From the NCBI GenBank assembly GCA_026397505.1, contig JAPLUR010000047.1, positions 11,040 through 75,039 on the forward strand: a DNA stretch of 64,000 bases, written 5' to 3'. Below are positions 10,031-18,828 of the stretch, piece by piece. Within the stretch, counting starts at the first letter, position 1. Each line of letters begins with the position of its first letter. A program made the position numbers and the translations under genes. The stretch is from Candidatus Zixiibacteriota bacterium (GTDB taxonomy: Bacteria; Zixibacteria; MSB-5A5; GN15; PGXB01). The notes below the pieces were generated by a model. The model did no database searches. It was not told where the DNA came from and saw only the letters and a program-made list of their open reading frames with translations.

Positions 10031-10157
10031 GAACACGCATCCGATCTGAAACCAGACAGAAAGCCCTCTGCTGCAAATACTGCCTTGCCCGGAAAGTAAA
10101 AGCGAGTATATTGTTATATTGATGTGCAGCATATTTGGAATATATTTGCTTTGAAAT

Positions 10158-11341
10158 ATGGCCATTCCCAGGGAATCAACCGGTAAATCACTCAGTTGGC
10201 GTTTTATCTTAAGGGCACTGAAGTACCGCAATTACCGTCTCTTTTTCGGCGGCCAGGGGATTTCTCTCATAGGAACATGGATGCAGCGGCTGGCGGTCAG
10301 TTGGCTGATTTACCGCCTCACCGGCTCTCCGTTCCTTCTGGGGATCGCCGGTTTTGCCAGCCAGATACCGACTTTCATTCTGGCCCCGGTGGCCGGAGTG
10401 GTCGCCGATAGATACAACCGGATGCGGATTCTCATCCTGACCCAGACATTGGCGATGTTTCAGGCTCTGATATTGGCGGTCCTGGTTCTTACCAATGCCG
10501 TTGAGGTTTGGCATATTATTGCCTTAAGCCTTGCCCTGGGGGTCATCAATGCCTTTGATATGCCCGCGCGGCAGTCACTGGTGGTGGAGATGATTGAAAA
10601 TCGTGAGGATCTGGGGAACGCCATTGCTCTGAATTCTTCTATGTTCAACGGCGCCCGCCTGATCGGGCCGTCACTGGGCGGGATACTCATTGCGACGGTT
10701 GGCGAAGGGATTTGTTTTCTAATCAATGGACTCAGTTTTATTGCCGTGATCATTGCTCTTCTCTACATGAAGATTAACGCCCATCCTGCAGAGAATAAAG
10801 GGACACGTTTTTTGCAAGGGCTTAAGGAGGGGTTCGTATACGCGTTCGGCTTCCTGCCGATTCGTTCCATACTACTGCTCCTGTCCCTGGTCAGTTTGAT
10901 GGGGATGCAGTATGCGGTGCTGATGCCGATTTTCGCCAAAGATATTCTTCACGGCGGCCCCAACACGCTGGGATGCTGCCGATCGGCTTTGGCCTGATGG
11001 TGCAGATGGCGGCAAGCAATACGGTGTTGCAGACCATTGTCGATGATGACAAGCGCGGCCGTTTGATGAGCATTTACGCCATGGCCTTCATGGGCGTCAC
11101 GCCGCTGGGTAGCCTTCTGGCGGGAAGCATGGCCAGCCATTTCGGCGCCCCGGCCACCCTGATTGTGGGAGGGGCGGTCTGTATTTTGGGGGCGGCGGCT
11201 TTTGCCCGAGAACTGCCGCGTATCAGGAAACAGATTCGCCCGATTTACCAGAGAAAAGGGATTCTCCCTCTGACAATACCAATCAATGAATCGATTGGGG
11301 GGATGCCGGCCCAGCCGGGGCCGGGGGAAAGACCGATATAA
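10158..11341 (+). pseudogene. MFS transporter interrupted by a -1 frameshift near 10970 (two ORFs, 10158..10997 and 10973..11341)
   Basis: The N-terminal ORF ends ...ILHGGPNTLGCCRSALA*. The next frame continues MLPIGFGLMVQMAASNTV..., the expected MFS C-terminal half. The join LG|MLPIGFG needs one extra base in 'ctggga'. Confidence 0.7.
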
Positions 11342-11520
11342 AGCTACACCGGCTATTCCGGCGGGTCTGAGGACCCGCGCGGCACAATAAATGTGCAGCG
11401 GTGGGGGCCAGGCACCGCGGTAAAATGGGTTTGTCTATTAAATTCTTGTCCCTCCAAAAAATATAATCACTTTCTGCTTATTTGTTGCCGGAAAAGGGCT
11501 TGGGTGGTCGGGAGAGGTTT

Positions 11521-11740
11521 GGTAAAATGGGTTTGTTTCTTCGTTTTTTAAAAGTGTCATTTTGCCCCCTCCGGTAGAAAAAATACAAAAATAGGGTGTT
11601 TTGGGAAGTAAGGCCGCTTGGAATTGATCTCTTTTTGTTTTCCGACATATTAATAACCTGAGCATTAGTGGCTCTAATAATGGGGATGGAGGGCAAATCA
11701 CCATCGATTCGATGTGGATTTTGCAGAGGGTGAGGAAAAG
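11521..11740. repeat. bipartite about 220-nt intergenic element, copy 1 (conserved left arm 11521-11566, right arm 11689-11740)
   Basis: Left arm GGTAAAATGGGTTTGTTTCTTCGTTTTTTAAAAG. Right arm GGAGGGCAAATCACCATCGATTCGATGTGGATTTTGCAGAGGGTGAGGAAAAG. A partial extra left arm lies at 11419-11439. Confidence 0.65.
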
Positions 11741-11879
11741 TTCATCCCCAAGCCGTCCGCTCGAAGCGAACGGCCTGGGAATGCCACCCAGCCGTTCACG
11801 ATGTGGCTGCCGTGGGGGAATGCAACCTCGGCGAGTTTCAGGCTGTCAGGAGAGACTCCCACTGCGAGGGAAGGCGCAA

Positions 11880-11910
11880 GTGTCGAAACCGCAAGGGTTT
11901 CGATCTACCC
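11880..11910. repeat. GTCGAAAC-hairpin-GTTTCGA(C/T)CTA element, copy 1
   Basis: tGTCGAAACCgcaagGGTTTCGATCTAcc. Confidence 0.7.
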
Positions 11911-11912
11911 GA

Positions 11913-12116
11913 CTAGCTTTGTTTCGTACGATACCGCCGGCGAATTGTCCGGGTTATCAAAAGGTCAATCAAACCGATTAGCGGACCACAGATCAAGCCG
12001 AGCAGTATCAAAAAGGGCAAACTCAGCTTTTCCATTTGAAAGAAATGATATGGAATAACCAAAGCAAGCCCATATATGATTCCCCTGACCAGGTAGGGCA
12101 AATTACCCTGTAGCAA
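11913..12116 (-). CDS. small hydrophobic (2-TM) protein, hypothetical
   Basis: TTG start preceded by AAAGGAGG, 24 nt after the stop of the upstream lipoprotein gene. Hydrophobic composition. Confidence 0.35.
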   Translation of the reverse strand: MLQGNLPYLVRGIIYGLALVIPYHFFQMEKLSLPFLILLGLICGPLIGLIDLLITRTIRRRYRTKQS

Positions 12117-12139
12117 TCAATCCTCCTTTGTTGACATTG

Positions 12140-12895
12140 TTATCTTAACAATTGATCAGCGGCGCAACCAAGCATAGAGCCGAAGGCACTGCCGCCGCAA
12201 GCTAAGCCCAAACAACCCAAATATCCGGCGGTAGAGGCAATACAAATAATGCTGGATGCACCGCAACCTGTAATGGCACGTGAAAGACTGCACTTTAGCC
12301 ATGATTTCCAACGCCACTTTGCGGCCATAGGATAATTAGGGTATAAGTTCATTGAATAGGTGGGCATATAACCATATAGCCAGAGTTGATAATCACCCAT
12401 GTCCTGCATTTCAAAGCCATCTCTTGCGACGGAAGATAGTAATTGCGACTGGATACACCACCCAATGTCCGGATTGCTGACCTGCGTGACATATGCAGCG
12501 ATAGTGCTGTCGCCCGGCATCTCCATAGCCAAGATCAATATTTCCACCGATATCAATGAATCTCTGTCCGGATATTCTGCTTCACCTTCGACGATGAAAC
12601 TGTACTGATATGCCAGACGGAATCCCTGCTCCTCAAAGAATTTGATCTGAGTATTTGCAGGTTCACTTTGTGCCCCCTGCATAAGCCGGGTCGCACCACC
12701 GTTGTCCCATGTCACCATGGTGCCTCCGCCTCCCGTGCCATCGGCAAACCAGTCCTGACGATTATGTTTCAGCCAATCACTCTGATTCATTTTACGCGTG
12801 CTTTCCATGCCACTCTTGCCACAACTCAGGATCAATGCCACTGCCATTAAGGCAATCATCGATCCAATAAACAACGATCTTCGCCTGCGCATCAT
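12140..12895 (-). CDS. lipoprotein with Cys/Gly-rich hydrophobic C-terminal tail, hypothetical
   Basis: AAGGAGG RBS before ATGATG. Lipobox-like ALILSCG. C-terminus ITGCGASSIICIASTAGYLGCLGLACGGSAFGSMLGCAADQLLR. Confidence 0.6.
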   Translation of the reverse strand: MMRRRRSLFIGSMIALMAVALILSCGKSGMESTRKMNQSDWLKHNRQDWFADGTGGGGTMVTWDNGGATRLMQGAQSEPANTQIKFFEEQGFRLAYQYSFIVEGEAEYPDRDSLISVEILILAMEMPGDSTIAAYVTQVSNPDIGWCIQSQLLSSVARDGFEMQDMGDYQLWLYGYMPTYSMNLYPNYPMAAKWRWKSWLKCSLSRAITGCGASSIICIASTAGYLGCLGLACGGSAFGSMLGCAADQLLR

Positions 12896-13347
12896 GATTT
12901 CCTCCTTCATAATAAATAATGATTAAATCTCTTGGCAATATCTAATTGCCATATTTCATTTTTATATTTTCCCATTCTCTCCTTTCCTATGGCGGGTCAA
13001 GGCAATTGATCGGACAGATGCCCCATCTCTCGATTTGAACACCGCCCGCCTTTCGGCGGGCGGCTTCCCTGTCAACCCGAATGGAGGTGAGTCCTCTTAC
13101 CCTGCTCAGGCCGGAGGCACAGAAATGGTTTTGTTCTTTCAGATGCCGAGAGCAGGCTGGAGCCTTGGCCTTAAGCGCTGAACAGCCCGCCCCGGCTATC
13201 CTCAATGGTCCGCCAAATTGGGCTCATGACAGACCAGCAATGCTCATATCAAAAGCGATGCCAACCGAAAGCAGGCACGTCGATATCGCGATAATATGTT
13301 GAACAATAAAGAATTAGGTTGGTATGTTTGAAGAGAGGGCTATTCCT

Positions 13348-13410
13348 GAGCCAGGATGCCTGCGTAGTCTACGCAGGCATCCTGGCTCGCGCTGCGCAGA
13401 CTACGCATCC
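13348..13410. repeat. palindromic repeat element, copy A (GAGCCAGGATGCCTGCGTAGTCTACGCAGGCATCCTGGCTC + TGCGCAGACTACGCATC)
   Basis: Perfect 19-bp-arm inverted repeat around GTC, followed by a second TGCG.AG.CTACGCA palindrome. Confidence 0.85.
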
Positions 13411-13545
13411 AAGTTATTCCGAGGCTTGATAATGTATTCGCTGCTGGATAATTACAGATATGACACGATGAGCTGCCCCACCGGCACAATTAGAGAAGCC
13501 ATTTGACCAGCGTTAGCCCGACACCAATAAGCACGCCACCAGCCG

Positions 13546-13743
13546 CTACTTTCCTTCGCCCCGTTTCTTCAATCGGCTATCGATTAGTATCGAAACGGTA
13601 AGCGCTATATAAATGGCGAAAATAGCGGCTAAGTCATCGCAGAACCCTCTCCTGATGGCGTGCTTAATAAGGAAAAGAACTGGTATGGCAACTATGACAC
13701 CCAACAAGGTTGAAAGAATGAAACGACCAGTTGCTTTTGCCAT
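13546..13743 (-). CDS. small membrane protein (65 aa, 2 TM), hypothetical
   Basis: Hydrophobic helices. Sits in the AT-rich cassette on the same strand as its neighbours. Confidence 0.4.
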   Translation of the reverse strand: MAKATGRFILSTLLGVIVAIPVLFLIKHAIRRGFCDDLAAIFAIYIALTVSILIDSRLKKRGEGK

Positions 13744-13938
13744 TTTCGCATTGCTCCTTTATCAAATAGGATATCACCAAATATTCGAATATTATTCTGG
13801 AAACATAATAATATTGTACTAGTCAGCCAGCATGCTAAGCGCACATACCACATATGAGATAGCCACAGCGCTTATAAAGTTAGGACCTAAATGGATGCCA
13901 ACCTCCCGCCTTTATGATCAATTTCAGCGTTGTTGAGA

Positions 13939-14190
13939 TCAGTCAATATTACACCAATAAATTGCGCCTAATAATGCACCAGACGCCCAAAATCCAATAG
14001 CTAATAGATACAATTTATAGCCCTCTGGGGAAAACCAATCCTTCATCTTCCAAACGGGCCTGATATATTTCATACGAATACTTCCGAGCGCAAACGGCGG
14101 ACAAGATTCAGTACGACGTCTTAAGGCAGGCACTATAGCAATTATACCTGCAATTTCCAATAGCAGTGATAACACAAGCAATAGAATCAT
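13939..14190 (-). CDS. small 2-TM membrane protein, paralog of 14359..14637
   Basis: Shares the motif IRPVWKMKDWFSPEGYKLY with the neighbour (VQPWKVNEWFTPTGVKLY). AGGAAA lies before the ATG. Confidence 0.55.
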   Translation of the reverse strand: MILLLVLSLLLEIAGIIAIVPALRRRTESCPPFALGSIRMKYIRPVWKMKDWFSPEGYKLYLLAIGFWASGALLGAIYWCNID

Positions 14191-14358
14191 ATATGTTTCC
14201 TGTGCTTAAAGAATCCTACTTTTACTTCATACAAAATATCTATTCATTACCCACATATTCCTTTAATATGGCCGATTCCTTGCATTACGCAATATAATTT
14301 AACAATGGCCTCAATCAAAGATGGCGATAAGTACTACGGAAATTGCACATGCCGTCCC

Positions 14359-14637
14359 TTATTTAAAAGGGAAGTCAAATCCGCCGCTGATGATCAGAAG
14401 CACGACTCCTATCATAATACAGGTGTAGCTTGTAAAGTAGAGTTTAACACCTGTCGGCGTAAACCATTCATTTACTTTCCATGGCTGAACCCAATGAATA
14501 GGGTTATATGACGGCATTGGTGGCGCATTGGCCGCGCGATGTTTCCGGGCCAGAAATCCGAGCACTAATCCCATCACCAGAAATACTGCACACAACAATA
14601 ACAGAAAAGTATTCATACCATATCCTCCACTACTCAT
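14359..14637 (-). CDS. small 2-TM membrane protein, paralog of 13939..14190
   Basis: Same architecture as the neighbour: TM, basic patch, W-x-x-E/D-WF-x-P-x-G-x-KLY, TM. Confidence 0.55.
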   Translation of the reverse strand: MSSGGYGMNTFLLLLCAVFLVMGLVLGFLARKHRAANAPPMPSYNPIHWVQPWKVNEWFTPTGVKLYFTSYTCIMIGVVLLIISGGFDFPFK

Positions 14638-14676
14638 AATTGTTTCTGATGATCATTTGTCTTATCGCCGTCCTTT

Positions 14677-15636
14677 TTACAATATTTTCACTAAAACACA
14701 TACGACCACACCTATTGAACATCCGACACATACTATGTTGGAAAAACCGCCAAATGGGCATTTGAGCACTATACACTCGTAAACCATGTGACAAATGAGT
14801 TCCCATGGGATTTCTGTTTCCGGGTACATGGTTTCGCCATGAGGCATTTCAAGCCTGTGTTCGGTATAAATGCGGGAAGCCAATTCCTTGCTCTTAATCA
14901 AATCAATTACCAGTTGGGCATCAGAGTTATTGTACAGTGAATTTGATGTGTCGTTAAATTGGTTAAATTCCTCAATGGTCCCGATAATTTCAAGGTCTTG
15001 AGCAGCATATTTGGCCAGGTTGCGCTCATTGTAGCGCTCATATGAATATACCTGGTCCCTCAATGATGCAATTCTGCTCACATCATCAGTGGGAAATGCA
15101 AATGCCCTGCGCATGCCGTTTAATGTGTAAGTTTCAGTGAAGAGATGCGGCTCTCTTTTCTGTTCGATAACCAGTTCATCAGATTCGGTTTTCTCCGTCA
15201 CCCAGAAATGCGTGCTGTCGCTGCGATCAAATTCGCACCCTAAGGCCCATTTAAGATGCTCGCGCTCGTCAATCAAGGTGGCACGCCAGCATCGATAGGT
15301 CGTAGGAGTGGCATAAGCCTCAATAATCAATTTGCGATTTTGAGGAGACTGGGTGTTCTCATATGCCATTATATTAAAAGTGGCTTTATTAGCTGCAGTG
15401 TCAATATTATAGGACAATATATCCACTTTTCCGACCGACAAACTGACGGTGAGCAACGGCGGTTTCTCGCAATCAATTTGTTGCTGCTCTCCGATCGCTT
15501 TCATTTGCGTGGCCGAGGTGGCGTTTTTACCACCATCTTTTTCCGTGATCGGCGTTTCATTACAGCCGGTAAGCAATTGCATCATAATGCAAATACTCAA
15601 TGCGGCGATACAAACCATAGTGGATTTGAGCTTCAT
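14677..15636 (-). CDS. lipoprotein with Cys-rich hydrophobic C-terminal tail, hypothetical
   Basis: GGAGG RBS 7 nt before the ATG at 15636. Lipobox LLTGC. C-terminus ICHMVYECIVLKCPFGGFSNIVCVGCSIGVVVCVLVKIL. Confidence 0.6.
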   Translation of the reverse strand: MKLKSTMVCIAALSICIMMQLLTGCNETPITEKDGGKNATSATQMKAIGEQQQIDCEKPPLLTVSLSVGKVDILSYNIDTAANKATFNIMAYENTQSPQNRKLIIEAYATPTTYRCWRATLIDEREHLKWALGCEFDRSDSTHFWVTEKTESDELVIEQKREPHLFTETYTLNGMRRAFAFPTDDVSRIASLRDQVYSYERYNERNLAKYAAQDLEIIGTIEEFNQFNDTSNSLYNNSDAQLVIDLIKSKELASRIYTEHRLEMPHGETMYPETEIPWELICHMVYECIVLKCPFGGFSNIVCVGCSIGVVVCVLVKIL

Positions 15637-15794
15637 GGCAATTCCTCCTTTGTTTAGAGCCATTTCCCGAATTATGCCTAAGCCAAATCCGTACCAAGTT
15701 TGGAAGACTATGCCGCCACATTCATAACTCCAATATTGTCATGATGTTAATTATACAAGTCATAGCATTGACTTTAGAACAGCTAAGTTGCACT

Positions 15795-15843
15795 TGCGTA
15801 GTCTACGCAGGCATCCTGGCTCACAGTGCGTAGTCTACGCATC
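15795..15843. repeat. palindromic repeat element, copy B (TGCGTAGTCTACGCAGGCATCCTGGCTC-N6-TGCGTAGTCTACGCATC), direct repeat of copy A
   Basis: Same 28-mer plus second palindrome, in the same orientation as copy A, about 2.4 kb away. Overlaps the 3' end of the sigma-54 regulator gene. Confidence 0.85.
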
Positions 15844-17985
15844 GGAATCATTGCCGATATCGTATTTTCGCATTTGATAGCGCACCCCACCCTCAGTAAG
15901 GCCCAGCCGGCGGGCCGCCTCGCGCTGATTCCAATCCGATTCCTGAAGTGTCTTAAGCAGTTTCTCCCTGTCAGTCTGATTCCCTTCAGACAAAAACTCA
16001 AGCATCCTGCTTATATCCCCACTGCAGGTCAGGCAGAGACGCCGAACCTCTACCCGCAACTCCCGCACATTCCCCGACCAGGGGCGGGTCTGAAGAATGC
16101 TACAGATTTCCTTAAAAGCATCATGATTCCCATCAGACGTAGGATCAAAGCCGCCTTCGGCAAGAAAATGAGAGATTAGAGCCGGGATGTCGTCGCTGCG
16201 CTCCGACAGCGGCGGAAGTGAAATCGGTATCTCATTCAGACGGTGATAGAGATCGGCCCGAAACCGGCCGCTGCGAATTGCCTCCTCCAGGTTTTGATTG
16301 GTCGCTGCGATCACCCGAATATTCAGTTTGGTCGGCTGCGTGCTCCCCAGCCGACGAACCTCTCTGGTCTCCAAAACCTCCAGAAGTTTCGCCTGAAACT
16401 GCGGCGTCGTATCGGCAATCTCATTCAAATAAAAAGTGCCGCCTTCGGCCGTTTCAAACAAACCCGGCTTATCCTGTGGAGCCCCAGTGAATGCCCCTTT
16501 CCGATACCCAAACAACTCCGATTCAACCATCCCCTCCGGTATCGCCGCCGCATTCACCGAAACGAATTTGCCCGCCCGCCCCGAACAAAAGTGGATATAT
16601 TTGGCCAACTGGTCTTTCCCCGTACCGGTCGGCCCGGTCAACAAAACTGTCATCTCTGAGGCGGCAATATTCTCGGCCAACGCCCGGATTTTCCGAGTCG
16701 TGGGATGTTCCGCCACAAAAACAGGACACGCCCCGCCGGAGGGACGAGGAGCGGGGCGTGCGGGTGTTACCGTCAACACGGCATTAACTTTCTCTATGTA
16801 CGGCCGGATATCTTCCGACTCAAAATATTCTTTCGCCAGATAAAGGAGGGCCGCCTTCTCGCCATTGCCATACAATCCGGAGACAGCCGCCAGGTAGCGG
16901 GTGGCCGCCAGTTCATACCGGCTGCTTATTTGAGCGAAAAGGTCAATTGCTTTTTTGAACCATTCTTTGGCTTTATCTTTTTCCCCTCTTTGAAGGGCAG
17001 TCTGAGCGAACACCCGCCAACAAGCGGCAATTTCGGCCCGCTCGTTGATCTTCTCGGCGACAATTAATGCTTCCTCGGCATATTTCTGGGCCAAATCGTA
17101 CCTCTTCAGGCCGAGATAAGCATCAGCCAGAAGCCGTTTGGTTTGGGAGATAAGGGCCGACTCGGGGGCGATTTTAAGCGAGAGTTCCAGCCCTGATAGA
17201 AGCGCCTTCTCCGCCTCATTGAATTCCCCCGCAAGGATATGTATCCAGCCGAGGAATTCATAATACTGCGCCTTTTCACGCTTTAGATCGCCGGACAATT
17301 GTGTCGTCTCAGCTATGAGCTGCTTTGCTGGCCCAATATCACCAACGTGGGCCATGACTAGGGCACAGCGCAATTTATGACGATAGGTGAAATCTGCTGT
17401 AGGATTGTGCATATGTGCTGCTGTGCAATTGAATAGTGAAAGTGCGCTTTGCAGTTGGCCCGAAATAAAATATACCATAGCAAGATTATGGGTCAGACTT
17501 TTAACTTTTTCCTGGTCATTTGACTGCTGATATAGGTCAATGCATTGCTTGAGAAGATTGATAGAAGCGTCAATTTCGCCGGATAAACCTGCAATAAATG
17601 CTAAACGATTTAGTGAGGCTGCAGCGCCTCCGACATCATCGCATCGTTTATAGCTTCCGTACGATTCGAGAAAACATTCGCGCGCTTCGGCATGATTTCC
17701 CATCGCGACGTAGACCCTGCCGAGCAGGAATTTGGCTTTGGCGTATCTATCGGTCCGAATACTATACCTGTAATGCCGGATGGCGCTATTGATGATGGGG
17801 AGAAGATCATAATCGCCAAGTTGAAGACCTATCTCGGTCTTCAAAATGCAATAATGGGCATAGTCGTCAGGCAACATTGACTTAGCATTGAACTTGGTCA
17901 ATTCTAAAGAAGCTGCTCCGAAATTCCTGTCTTTCAGGAATTGCTCAATTGCGGAGAATAGAGATATGTATGTCTCTTGTTTCAT
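15835..17985 (-). CDS. sigma-54-dependent transcriptional activator (bacterial enhancer-binding protein) with N-terminal TPR repeats and C-terminal Fis-type HTH; no receiver domain
   Basis: AAA+ sigma54-interaction domain (GPTGTGKDQLAKYIH, GAFTGA, GGTFYLNEIAD, RFRADLYHRLN). HTH REAARRLGLTEGGVRYQMRKY. TPR-like N-terminal half. Confidence 0.85.
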   Translation of the reverse strand: MKQETYISLFSAIEQFLKDRNFGAASLELTKFNAKSMLPDDYAHYCILKTEIGLQLGDYDLLPIINSAIRHYRYSIRTDRYAKAKFLLGRVYVAMGNHAEARECFLESYGSYKRCDDVGGAAASLNRLAFIAGLSGEIDASINLLKQCIDLYQQSNDQEKVKSLTHNLAMVYFISGQLQSALSLFNCTAAHMHNPTADFTYRHKLRCALVMAHVGDIGPAKQLIAETTQLSGDLKREKAQYYEFLGWIHILAGEFNEAEKALLSGLELSLKIAPESALISQTKRLLADAYLGLKRYDLAQKYAEEALIVAEKINERAEIAACWRVFAQTALQRGEKDKAKEWFKKAIDLFAQISSRYELAATRYLAAVSGLYGNGEKAALLYLAKEYFESEDIRPYIEKVNAVLTVTPARPAPRPSGGACPVFVAEHPTTRKIRALAENIAASEMTVLLTGPTGTGKDQLAKYIHFCSGRAGKFVSVNAAAIPEGMVESELFGYRKGAFTGAPQDKPGLFETAEGGTFYLNEIADTTPQFQAKLLEVLETREVRRLGSTQPTKLNIRVIAATNQNLEEAIRSGRFRADLYHRLNEIPISLPPLSERSDDIPALISHFLAEGGFDPTSDGNHDAFKEICSILQTRPWSGNVRELRVEVRRLCLTCSGDISRMLEFLSEGNQTDREKLLKTLQESDWNQREAARRLGLTEGGVRYQMRKYDIGNDSDA

Positions 17986-18286
17986 TTCCCGGCGTAATTA
18001 CCTTCCAGTAGGAAGGAAAAATAAAGGTTTGATTCGTTATGGCCCTGATAATGTTGATGATTGTATGGCCTTCGTCGCCATTATTTCCGTTATAAATATT
18101 GGGCGCTATTCTGCAAGGAGAAGTGGAGTGAGACAGCAAAACATCTTCCCACGGATAATCCCACAAAATCGGATTGTTAATGGGCTGCACATTTCTTATT
18201 CTATTGCCGCCATCAGCTAGAACAGGTGGGGAAAACAAAATCCATATCACCGCCCCCAGCAGCAAAGCAAACATTATCTTTTTCAT
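17945..18286 (-). CDS. small secreted protein (113 aa), paralog of 18332..18712
   Basis: Signal peptide MKKIMFALLLGAVIWILFSPPVLADGGNRIRNV is about 90% identical to the neighbour's N-terminus. The 5' leader is also conserved. Confidence 0.6.
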   Translation of the reverse strand: MKKIMFALLLGAVIWILFSPPVLADGGNRIRNVQPINNPILWDYPWEDVLLSHSTSPCRIAPNIYNGNNGDEGHTIINIIRAITNQTFIFPSYWKVITPGNETRDIHISILRN

Positions 18287-18331
18287 AACTTTCGCCTCTT
18301 CCTAAAGGTTTATTAAGGCCACTAAACCTCA

Positions 18332-18712
18332 TCACCGGCGGCCCAAATCGCCGGCATTTATATCTGTGTCGAAACTCCCGACCAAGGGGTCGGGACAGGC
18401 GCAGGGGTTTCGACCTATCTTAATCAACGAAAAATCAAATCTTATAGAGAAATATATATAAAGCATATTGCCTATAATGTTTCTCGGGGGAGTAGTCACG
18501 CGGTCCTGCGTAGCAATCCTTATGTTTGACAACGCGATGTCAGATAGTGATGGTGACGCACCATCCAATTCCTGCCACGGGTGTTCTTCAAGAGTAGGAT
18601 CATGGATTGATATCACATTTCTTATTCTATTACCCCCATCAGCAAGAATGGGTGGGGAAAACAACATCCATATCACAGTCCCCAGCAGTAATGCAAACAT
18701 TATCTTTTTCAT
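18332..18712 (-). CDS. small secreted protein, diverged paralog of 17945..18286
   Basis: Start set at MKKIMFALLLGTVIWMLFSPPILADGGNRIRNV, with a GAGGTG RBS. The ORF track's longer start (18748) lacks an RBS. Confidence 0.6.
   Translation of the reverse strand: MKKIMFALLLGTVIWMLFSPPILADGGNRIRNVISIHDPTLEEHPWQELDGASPSLSDIALSNIRIATQDRVTTPPRNIIGNMLYIYFSIRFDFSLIKIGRNPCACPDPLVGSFDTDINAGDLGRR
18366..18428. repeat. GTCGAAAC...GTTTCGACCTA element, copy 2 (in the 5' leader of small secreted protein gene A)
   Basis: tGTCGAAACtcccgaccaaggggtcgggacaggcgcaggGGTTTCGACCTAt with an inner hairpin TCCCGACC/GGTCGGGA. Confidence 0.7.
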
Positions 18713-18790
18713 AATCATCACCTCATTCAAAAGGTTTATCTTGGCCACTAAACCTCATCACCGGCAATCCAATCCACCGGCATTTATTCT

Positions 18791-18828
18791 CTGTCGAAAC
18801 CGCCTACCGCCAGCGGGGTTCGACCTAT
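18791..18828. repeat. GTCGAAAC...GGTTCGACCTA element, copy 3 (in the 5' leader of small secreted protein gene B)
   Basis: tGTCGAAACCgcctaccgccagcGGGGTTCGACCTAtt. Confidence 0.7.

Noticed and set aside
11712-12058. Two overlapping + strand ORFs (89 and 114 aa) in the 11.3-11.9 kb gap
   Set aside because: Arg/Ser/Pro/Gly-rich with no hydrophobic core and no RBS. The region is better explained as non-coding repeat or structured sequence.
13000-13340. Possible structured ncRNA (RNase P / SRP / 6S / tmRNA) in the GC-rich gap with local hairpins (e.g. CCGCCCGCC-TTTC-GGCGGGCGG at 13042-13063)
   Set aside because: None of the universal conserved blocks of RNase P, SRP, tmRNA or 6S RNA are present. 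The hairpin is more simply a terminator for the convergent genes.
18287-18330. Hammerhead-ribozyme-like 'UGAUGAGG ... GAAAG' in the 5' leader of the small secreted protein genes
   Set aside because: The spacing between the CUGAUGA-like box, the stem and GAAA does not fit the hammerhead core geometry (extra 13 nt before GAAA, no proper stem III/cleavage triplet). It is treated as a conserved leader hairpin instead.
17945-18748. Diversity-generating retroelement (template/variable repeat) explanation for the two paralogs
   Set aside because: Differences are not restricted to adenine positions. No reverse transcriptase or accessory gene nearby.
11880-18828. tRNA-like T-arm (GGTTCGA) within GTCGAAAC elements
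   Set aside because: No 5-bp stem plus 7-nt loop geometry and no acceptor, D or anticodon arms in the flanks. The similarity is only to the TTCGA pentamer.
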